Made by a program: the position numbers and the translations under genes | NCBI GenBank assembly: GCA_964354195.1 | Contig: CAYGYN010000044.1 | Span: forward strand, 10,655 to 34,654 | Length of the DNA stretch: 24,000 nt | Source: Candidatus Woesearchaeota archaeon | GTDB taxonomy: Archaea; Nanobdellota; Nanobdellia; Pacearchaeales; GW2011-AR1 | Direction of reading: 5' to 3' | Shown: one piece after another, positions 1 to 7,500 of the stretch | Position numbering within the stretch: the first letter of the stretch is position 1 | Layout: each line of letters begins with the position of its first letter | The notes under the pieces: model-generated | Seen by the model: the letters and a program-made list of their open reading frames with translations, nothing else | Database searches by the model: none | Told to the model about the DNA's origin: nothing

Positions 1-263
1 ATCTGGCACTGCCCATTCATGCAGACTTCATTCGGATACCCTGTGCAATCATAGTCAGAATAACAATATTGTCCTGTATAAGCTCCTGTAACTTGGGGTT
101 TGGCAAATACATTCTTGAACCACAAAACAATTTTTTGCCCGATAGATGACTCCTGCGGCTGCCATTTGTTCTCGACAGCATACGCGAATGCAATCAGGCT
201 TGTGCATAAGATTATAGTTATAAAAAGGGCAAGAAATAAATTTTTGTTATTGTTACAGCCCAT
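1..263 (-). CDS. Partial CDS (N-terminal 87 codons, continues past left edge): secreted Cys-motif protein
   Basis: Absent from the ORF track because it is open at the window edge. Reverse-strand ATG at 263-261 reads MGCNNNKNLFLALFITIILCTSLIAFAYAVENKWQPQ...YCYSDYDCTGYPNEVCMNGQCQ with no stop down to position 1. A hydrophobic signal/anchor is followed by a Cys-rich segment. Confidence 0.45.
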   Translation of the reverse strand, partial: MGCNNNKNLFLALFITIILCTSLIAFAYAVENKWQPQESSIGQKIVLWFKNVFAKPQVTGAYTGQYCYSDYDCTGYPNEVCMNGQCQ

Positions 264-433
264 TTTTTCCTCTTTTTAATATCATTAATTAAGAAATTTT
301 TAGTATTTAAACATTTTTGTTATTTTCCCAGCACATTCCAGACAAGAATAAAAATTAAAACCAAATTTTTTCTTTGAAAATATTCAAATTTAATGTAATT
401 ATTTGTCACTATAGAGAAGTAAAAAGAGAAACC

Positions 434-441
434 TTTATATA
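434..441 (+). promoter_or_regulatory. TATA box (TTTATATA) for the 463 CDS, leaderless geometry
   Basis: TTTATATA begins 29 nt upstream of the ATG at 463. The same spacing recurs at most gene starts in this window. Confidence 0.5.
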
Positions 442-462
442 GTTATTTGTGTACATATTGCT

Positions 463-1479
463 ATGGAAGCATTTGACCACATTCCAACCGGTGAAGAAAT
501 ATATAAATTTATTCATAAAACTCTTAGTGTAAGGCATGATGAAAGTACGCTTACTATTGGTGTGCCCCCTGAAATAAATTCCAGGTTTATTCTCGGATAT
601 TTTGACAGACTTCAGCAATATATCCATGACTTGAAGGCAAAAGGAAGAGATGTTCATCTTGATTTGACAAGAATACCTGATCTCGAAAAGGGCGTTCTCT
701 CCGCACTCTACAACTCCTGCAGGGAAAAGGCAGAGAAAGAAGGTTCAAGGCTCATGATTTCCGGGATAACTCAAGGACAGGAAAGATGGCTCAGGGGCGT
801 TTTGAAAACCAATGCCAAATTTGAAGTTGCCGCTTACAGAGAGCAGTCTGGTTTGCGACAAGAATCTGAGAAAATAACAGACAAAACTGTGCAAAAACCA
901 AAATCAAGATTTTGGAAATATGCCGCAGTTGCGCCCTTTGCGCTTGGCACAGCCCTTGCATATGTATTGGCATTCCAGCCCATCTCAGACCTGCCCCCTG
1001 TTTCAGAAGATGAATTAAGGTTTGTAAAAGTCGTTGTTCTGAAGAGGGACAAAGACAAACTTCCTGTTCCCAATTCTGTTCCTGTTGAGTCAACTGTGCA
1101 AGAAGAGCGTCCAAAGAATCTTCCCATATTGCCTGAATTAACTGCCGAGAACATAAGGACAATATACACAAGGAATTCTGTGATTGATATCTGGGCTCCT
1201 TGGTGCGGCCCTTGCAAGTTATATGAAAAGCCATTTGCAGAAAGAGCAGAAAAATACAAGGATTCAGCTTATTTTGCAAGGATGGACCTGGACAATAACC
1301 AAAAAACAATCGAAGAATTGGTTAAAGAGGGCATCTTCTTAAAAGACGTGGAAGCAATTCCCACAACTATTTTTCTTAAAAAGGGTAAAGATGGAAAGGT
1401 TAGGGAAGTTGACAGATTTCTTGGCGGAGATATAGAAGCCCTTGAGAGCAAAATCAAACAGCATTACCCTAAAGAGTAA
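463..1479 (+). CDS. Membrane-anchored thioredoxin-fold protein with an N-terminal STAS-like domain
   Basis: The C-terminal part has the canonical thioredoxin motif (IDIWAPWCGPCKLYEKPF). There is a central TM helix (FWKYAAVAPFALGTALAYVLAF). The N-terminal ~130 aa (LTIGVPPEINSRF...VHLDLTRIPDLEKGVLSALY...GSRLMISGITQG) resembles the STAS/SpoIIAA pattern by eye. Confidence 0.85.
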   Translation: MEAFDHIPTGEEIYKFIHKTLSVRHDESTLTIGVPPEINSRFILGYFDRLQQYIHDLKAKGRDVHLDLTRIPDLEKGVLSALYNSCREKAEKEGSRLMISGITQGQERWLRGVLKTNAKFEVAAYREQSGLRQESEKITDKTVQKPKSRFWKYAAVAPFALGTALAYVLAFQPISDLPPVSEDELRFVKVVVLKRDKDKLPVPNSVPVESTVQEERPKNLPILPELTAENIRTIYTRNSVIDIWAPWCGPCKLYEKPFAERAEKYKDSAYFARMDLDNNQKTIEELVKEGIFLKDVEAIPTTIFLKKGKDGKVREVDRFLGGDIEALESKIKQHYPKE

Positions 1480-1499
1480 GCGTACATAATATAGTACTG

Positions 1500-2765
1500 C
1501 TAAATTTCCAGTCTCTCGTTAATCTCTCCAGCCACGTTTTCAAGCATCTTCTCTTTAACCTTGGATTTCCATCCATAATGCCCAAGAATCCAGCCCAATT
1601 TGACAAGCGCAGTCTCGGAGAGCATATCTCCCAAGAATATCACTCCAGCATCCAACAACTCGCGCCCGTTGGTATAAACATAAGGGTCTAATCTTCCAAA
1701 TATTGTCTGAGGCGCAGCGCAGACAACAAATCCATTCTTTATATGATGCCTGAGTCGCGGCAACCAATTGTTCGGAGCCTCGCTTACTGGAAGATGTCCC
1801 AATCCAAGAGCCTCAACAACAATTCCTTTGTATTTCAATGCATAAAAATCAAGAATGCTCGAGTCTTGCCCAGGGTAATATTTGACAAGCGCAACCTTGT
1901 CTGAATACTCAATGTCAAGTTCTGTTTTTTCCTTGTTTCTCGGGCGATATTTTGAAATAAACTCCACTTTATCAGGAAAAACGCGGGCAATCGGCTCTGC
2001 ATTGACAACCTTGAATGCATCTCTTCTCGAGCTATGAAGTTTTCTTGTTTTTGTTCCAGGCATTGCATAGCAAAAATCATCATTTGTTGACGCATGCCCG
2101 ACAAGCATTACTTCAGCAGCATCGCTTAGCGCCATTCTTGCAGCGCATTGCAAGTTCAGGTTTGCATCGCTGCTTGCCCTGTCAATGCTTCTCTGCGAGT
2201 AAGTCAAAACAACAGGCTTGTTCAAATTGCGAAGGAAAAAAGACAACGCAGCAGCAGTATATCCCAAAGTATCTGTGCCATGTGTTACAACAACCCCTGA
2301 GATTTCTTCATCGTCCAGAAGTTTCTTCACGCTCTGGGCAATTTTAATCCAGTGCTCAGAATTCATCGACTCCGAAGCAATCATGAATGGAGATTCAATT
2401 GATTTTACATTTGCAATCTTGAAAAGCTCAGGGTAAAATTTTGCAAACTCATTCACATCTGTAAGAGGCTTTGCCCCTCCTGTCTTAGGGTCAAGTTTGG
2501 AAGCAATTGTTCCCCCCGTTACAACAAGCCCAATAGAAGCAAGTCCTTTTGTCTTTGGCAGTTCAAATTTCTCCTTTTCTTCCTTGAACTTGCGGATAAT
2601 CTTGCATCCAAGAATATTTTCCTTGTTTATTCCTATATTATATCCCGACTTCAGCTTAAGCAAAACAATAGAGCTATCAGAACTTTCCAAGACCCTGCCT
2701 TCAATTTCCTCCAAGGCAAGCCTGAATCTGACATAGTCCCCGGGCTCCAAGCTCATTTCAACCAT
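1500..2765 (-). CDS. gatD: Glutamyl-tRNA(Gln) amidotransferase subunit D
   Basis: 421 aa. An N-terminal GatD-specific domain is followed by an asparaginase-type domain with VVTGGTIASK and THGTDTLGYTAAALSF motifs. ATTAAAAA TATA-like box ~30 nt upstream of the ATG. Confidence 0.9.
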   Translation of the reverse strand: MVEMSLEPGDYVRFRLALEEIEGRVLESSDSSIVLLKLKSGYNIGINKENILGCKIIRKFKEEKEKFELPKTKGLASIGLVVTGGTIASKLDPKTGGAKPLTDVNEFAKFYPELFKIANVKSIESPFMIASESMNSEHWIKIAQSVKKLLDDEEISGVVVTHGTDTLGYTAAALSFFLRNLNKPVVLTYSQRSIDRASSDANLNLQCAARMALSDAAEVMLVGHASTNDDFCYAMPGTKTRKLHSSRRDAFKVVNAEPIARVFPDKVEFISKYRPRNKEKTELDIEYSDKVALVKYYPGQDSSILDFYALKYKGIVVEALGLGHLPVSEAPNNWLPRLRHHIKNGFVVCAAPQTIFGRLDPYVYTNGRELLDAGVIFLGDMLSETALVKLGWILGHYGWKSKVKEKMLENVAGEINERLEI

Positions 2766-2804
2766 GTTTTTTCAAATCTCCCTTGTTTTTTAATATTAAC
2801 TGTT

Positions 2805-3560
2805 TCATCTTCTCGCACCCCCAGTTAAGTTTTCTTTCCAAGGTTTCTTTCTTAAAGAAAGCTTCCACATCATCTCAAAATATTTCCTGTAAGAATCAGC
2901 AATTTCTTTCTCCTTGATGACAATAACAATAGGATTCTTCTTCCACAATATTATAGCAACCTTGTCCTTGTAGATGTTAATTGCAAGCGGATTGGAATAT
3001 TTTTCAGGCAGATATCTTGTCTCAGCAAGAGAGATTTTCTTCTTCAATTTTCCAGATGCAATCATTCTTACTTTTATTCTTCTATTTACTCTATCTTTAT
3101 CATACCACTTGAAATAAAATGGCAGAATCTCGAATGCAGACTGCGAAGCCCCAAGAATAAGGATTTCTTTTCCTTTATTATCCTCCAATTGGTCCTGGAA
3201 AACAGTTTTCAATCCCTCTGTGCCTTTGTAGAAATTAGTCTCTTGTTTCTCTTTGGAGCCAGAATAAATCTCCTTCAGCATCGGCAGGTTTTCCATTATG
3301 TTATTTTCCCTCTCTTTTAATATATCAAGAAACTTCTCAGGATTAACCGCTTCGAAATATCTTCGGTTGTTCTTCAGGATATAGCCAACAACTCCTTTTT
3401 TTATCAATCGTTCTGTGATGTCATACACATTTCTTCGATGAATTCCAGTAATTCTTGATATTCTGCCCGCGAGCGAGGAACCATTCTTCAAAAGAGCAAG
3501 ATAAACCTTTGTCTCATGTTCAGTCAATCCCATTTCTCTTAGTGCGTTTTCAATATCCAT
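2805..3560 (-). CDS. TrmB-family transcriptional regulator
   Basis: The N-terminal winged HTH is typical of TrmB (LTEHETKVYLALLKNGSSLAGRISRITGIHRRNVYDITERLIKKGVV) and is followed by a C-terminal effector-like domain. TTTTAATA box 29 nt upstream of the ATG. Confidence 0.85.
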   Translation of the reverse strand: MDIENALREMGLTEHETKVYLALLKNGSSLAGRISRITGIHRRNVYDITERLIKKGVVGYILKNNRRYFEAVNPEKFLDILKERENNIMENLPMLKEIYSGSKEKQETNFYKGTEGLKTVFQDQLEDNKGKEILILGASQSAFEILPFYFKWYDKDRVNRRIKVRMIASGKLKKKISLAETRYLPEKYSNPLAINIYKDKVAIILWKKNPIVIVIKEKEIADSYRKYFEMMWKLSLRKKPWKENLTGGARR

Positions 3561-3593
3561 TGTAAGCGGAAGTATTACAACTATTAAAACCTT

Positions 3594-3625
3594 ACTAATG
3601 TGGTGATGTTTATAGCCACATTAGT
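3594..3625. promoter_or_regulatory. 10-bp perfect inverted repeat ACTAATGTGG-N12-CCACATTAGT in the divergent trmB/3682 intergenic region (candidate operator)
   Basis: Read directly: arms at 3594-3603 and 3616-3625. The spacer TGATGTTTATAG contains a TATA-like GTTTATAG. The left arm lies 5 nt from the trmB TATA (3582-3589). Confidence 0.45.
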
Positions 3626-3681
3626 ATATTTGCCCCTTCTGCGTTAGATAATTAACTAAATTCACATGGAGGAAAAACAAA

Positions 3682-4185
3682 ATGACAAACGAAATGTTGG
3701 AAAGGCAGCTTATCGACTTGGTGGCAGCTGACAGAATGTATATCCCTGTCTCAAGCATGGACAGCAAGCTCAAGAGACGAAGGGAAAGCATGGCAAAAGG
3801 CATTGTAATGCCAGAGTCCGGCATGTACAGGGGAGAAAGAGTTTACGCAAAAATCTCCACAGAAGATGAGATGAAAGCAAGAACCCTGAAAGAAGCAATT
3901 GCCGCTTTTGCGCAGCAATATCCAACGCATGGAAAAGTCCTGAATGGATTGATAGCTGAGAAAAGACTGCAGAAAGAAACCCATCTTTACTTCGGAGTAA
4001 GGGATGGATGCAGATTAACAGGCGACGATTACCTTGCTGTAATGAAAGATTTGGGTTTTGGCCCAGAGTCAGCAAAGAGCCTTTATCACGAATTGATAGA
4101 AGTCTCAAGAAACTTGTCAAGAAAGCGCGCAGATAGCGAAAGAAGCATTCTTGTAGGCAAAGTTCTTGATGAATCAGAACAATAA
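3682..4185 (+). CDS. Hypothetical protein (167 aa, soluble, no recognisable motif)
   Basis: Clean ORF preceded by a GGAGG Shine-Dalgarno-like element ~10 nt upstream of the ATG, the only clearly leadered gene here. A T-rich tract (TTTATTTTTTATTTTTGTTTT) follows the stop. Confidence 0.6.
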   Translation: MTNEMLERQLIDLVAADRMYIPVSSMDSKLKRRRESMAKGIVMPESGMYRGERVYAKISTEDEMKARTLKEAIAAFAQQYPTHGKVLNGLIAEKRLQKETHLYFGVRDGCRLTGDDYLAVMKDLGFGPESAKSLYHELIEVSRNLSRKRADSERSILVGKVLDESEQ

Positions 4186-4204
4186 GAACAAACTTATTTA
4201 TTTT

Positions 4205-4522
4205 TTATTTTTGTTTTAGCTTCTTAAACTCAAGTTCGCTTAGTTCAGTTTTCCTGTCAAGATATCTCTTGATAGGGTCTAGTTTATCCTGCATGTACAT
4301 TCCAAAAAGAGCAAACGCAGTGGCGCCTCCAACTCTGCACAAGTCACCGATATAATAATGCTGCTCAAAGAAATCATAGTGCCTTGTTATTTCTCCTCCG
4401 GCAATAGCGCCTGCACCTGCACCCACGAGCCCGAAAGCAATCATCACAAGAGTAGAATATTTCTCAGCTCTATGCCTTAATTTTTTTGCTATTTCTTCTT
4501 TCTCAAGTTCCTCACTAGTCAT
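4205..4522 (-). CDS. Small two-TM membrane protein with glycine-zipper helix
   Basis: 105 aa. Hydrophobic segments LVMIAFGLVGAGAGAIAGG and VGGATAFALFGMYM, with charged coiled termini. TTTATAAA (4544-4551) lies 29 nt upstream of the ATG. The gene sits directly downstream of the giant gene. Confidence 0.6.
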   Translation of the reverse strand: MTSEELEKEEIAKKLRHRAEKYSTLVMIAFGLVGAGAGAIAGGEITRHYDFFEQHYYIGDLCRVGGATAFALFGMYMQDKLDPIKRYLDRKTELSELEFKKLKQK

Positions 4523-4543
4523 CTAATACAGATTGAATGAGAA

Positions 4544-4551
4544 TTTATAAA
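4544..4551 (-). promoter_or_regulatory. TATA box for the 4522 CDS
   Basis: TTTATAAA, 29 nt upstream of the ATG at 4522. Confidence 0.45.
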
Positions 4552-4574
4552 CAAAATTATATTCTAAAATATAC

Positions 4575-7500
4575 TTAGTTCTTCTTCACCGCCCTCGAGT
4601 AAATTGTCCAGACATTTCTCTGGTCTCTGTCAACAAGTTCTGCAATCTCGCTGAATTTCATTCCTCTTCCCTTAAGATAGACTATTACCGCTTCAAGCAC
4701 AGTGTACTTTCTGTCTCCAAGTATCGAAGAAGGTATGAATATCTCTGTCTTTCCAACATATATCTTCTCCTTTCTCTTCTCCTGTGCTTTGTGGCAGGCT
4801 GTCCAGATTGTCCTCTCATTCCTGTTCAATGCAAGTGCAATCTCATGATAGCTCATTCCAAGATTCTCCTTCATGTACTTGCAAAGAGTTTCGAGAGCTC
4901 CAATTTCTTTGGAGAATATTGTAACTGGAATATTCATTCTTTCTGATTCACTAATCTCTTGAGTTTCTCTCTCAGAAATATCTCTTATAGCTTCCTCAAG
5001 CACCCCAACTTTTTCCAACTCATTTCTCTTTCTCAAATCAGCTTTTATCTTCAGCAGGCCCTCAACCAGGTTCTTTCTGCGTTTCTTCTTCCTATTTCTC
5101 CCACCTGCAAGAGCAAATCCAACAATAAGTATCTTGATTGTCCACGAGCCTTCATTCGCTGTTGAGTATGCCTGCCCGATGAGCTCGCTTCCCGCTTTCC
5201 TTATGCAGAAATAAAGTTGTTCCTGTCCTGTGCTCCCGTCATTGACTGTAAAGTTCCCGCGGGGCAAAAATGCGTCTGTTATGCTTACATAAGCAGAGGG
5301 AGATAATGTTGTTGCTCCGCATTCAGCATTTCCTCCAGTCGCAATTCCAACAGAAAAGTTATTTGCAAACAATGCAAGAAGACTATTGCTCTCTCCATTC
5401 AGGTTCGTTGAGTTTATCTGTATATTTCCAAGAGAGATATTCTGGTTTCCAGTGTTATTCAGGACAATAGGATCATTTGTTGCCGTCTGGTTCACAGCTC
5501 CAGGTGTCAATGAACTAAACGCAAGAGCGCTTGGCGAAGCCACAAATCCAGTAAGCGCATTAACAGTAAAGTAAGTTGAGATGTTTGTAGCCGCAGAACT
5601 GCTCAAGTCCGACACAGAAGCAGTTACATTCCATGCTCCTGCTCCATCAAACCAATACATTTGCACATTACAACTGTAATTGACATAATTTCCAATAGTG
5701 TTAATCTTCGCACAACTCAGATTAGTTCTAAGAGCCTCTCCATCTCTTGTAAAATTAGCCATTGCAGAAGAATCATTCAAATCCGCAGCACCATCGGCAT
5801 CATAAGCTGTGAAATTAACATTAACAGTCGTTGACGCGGGTCCTTCATTCAAATCCACAGCAGGAATTGCGCTCACATAGGTTATCTGAGGAGCTTGATT
5901 AACTGCTCCGAGGTTCACTTTTATAGTCCAGTTATCATTCGCAAATGCAGAATAGCTCTCGTTGTCTCTCGCTTCGCAATTCCAGAGATAAGTTCCATTA
6001 GCAATTCCATTCAATGGGAAAGATGCGCTCATTGATGAATTCGAAGAAAGAGAATTAGTATACATATTCACAATTTCCTGCTCACTTAATGCCCTGTTGA
6101 ATATTGCAACTTCATCTATTGCTCCCGAGAAAGGTCTTCTGCTTGTGCTTGACGTAGAAATAGGCCATATTCTTCCGTTTCCAACAACAAGAGGCAATGT
6201 AGACTGCAATATTGGTCCGCTGAAAGGATTATTTACCGGGAAGTTGGCGCCTGCTCCGTCCTGACTCCCATTCACATAAATAGACACAGTTGTTCCATTA
6301 TATCTCCCGACAACAAAAATCCACTGTCCCTCAGGGAATGTGCCGTTATAATTTGATTCTACCGCGCTGCCTGAAGAATTCCACACCCTGAAGAAAACAG
6401 AAGGTCTTGAACGGTCCACTGCAAGATAATAGCTTGATGAAGAAGCTGAAACAGCAATCTTGTCAAGAATTCTTGCATTTGCGTTATATGTATTGTTAAA
6501 GTTGTTTGCACTCGGCTTTATCCAGGCAGTCACTGTTATTGAACTGCCCATATTGCTCAAAGCAGGATTATCATTTGCATAAAGCGCATTTGGACTGCCA
6601 AAAATATATGCATTTGTTCCCGGGAAAACCCCTGTCTGATTCATTACAGGGCAGAATGACGACGATTCGTTTGAATTGCAATAAACATGATTGCCCAAGC
6701 CGGAAGAATCTGCATAATACGTCAAGTTCTCCCCCAAAAGAGAGTCATTGTTCATATGCAGCCAGAATACCATTGACGAATCATATGAATACTCGCCAGC
6801 ATATGCTATTCTTGTAAGATTCCAAACCCCGCTTGTATTTGTATAAAGGCTTATGTTAGACATTCTATTGACAGTTGTTGCATTGCACTGGAAAGTTATG
6901 TTGCCTGTTGTGCTTGTAGTGCCATTTGGAGGCGAAAGAAGACTTGTCCATATTTGTAAAGGGATAATTGTAAGATTATTCGAGCTCAATGTGCTTCCAT
7001 CCTGATACCCATCATTTGGCGTGACTTGGCAGCTCCAAATATCCCACAAAAATAGCTCGCTGCTGACAATAGTGTTTGTTTTATTTCGGTAAATAGTTCC
7101 AATCTCCTGCGAGGAGAGAGTATAATTAAATATAAGCACGTCATCTATCTCTCCATTGAAGAAATTATTCCAAGGCTGATGCCAGCCTATTCTTGTTCCA
7201 TTTAATCCAGTCAGTGGTGAACCGTTATAACTTCCTATCGCGGCAATACCATTAGAAGCATCAATTCCATCAACATAAATCCTAAAATTAGAAGAAGTTA
7301 CTGCCTGTCCTGATGTTGAATTGAAAACTCCAACTATGAAATGCCAGTTTCCATCATTCACAGTTCTGTTGGCATTAAGCCCTATCCATATTGCATCGGA
7401 ATCCAAGCCTATTGCAGGCACACCTGCTGAAGAATTTGTGCAATAGCTTCCTGGCACACTATTACAAAGAGGACCAATAGCCAAAGTTAAGCTCTTTCCA

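Noticed and set aside
791-1309. Minus-strand ORFs (172 and 141 aa) overlapping the thioredoxin gene
   Set aside because: The plus-strand frame carries the WCGPC thioredoxin motif and a TATA at -29. The antisense frames have no recognisable features.
1480-1499. Possible palindromic terminator between convergent trx-like and gatD genes (GTACATAATATAGTAC)
   Set aside because: Only the outer GTAC tetramers pair. The inner bases do not form a convincing stem.
1555-2736. Several 70-110 aa ORFs on both strands inside gatD
   Set aside because: gatD motifs unambiguously define the real frame. The others are overlapping shadows.
3621-3824. 67-aa minus-strand ORF spanning the trmB/3682 intergenic region
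   Set aside because: It overlaps the 5' end of the better-supported plus-strand gene and the operator/promoter region, and no TATA sits at the expected distance.
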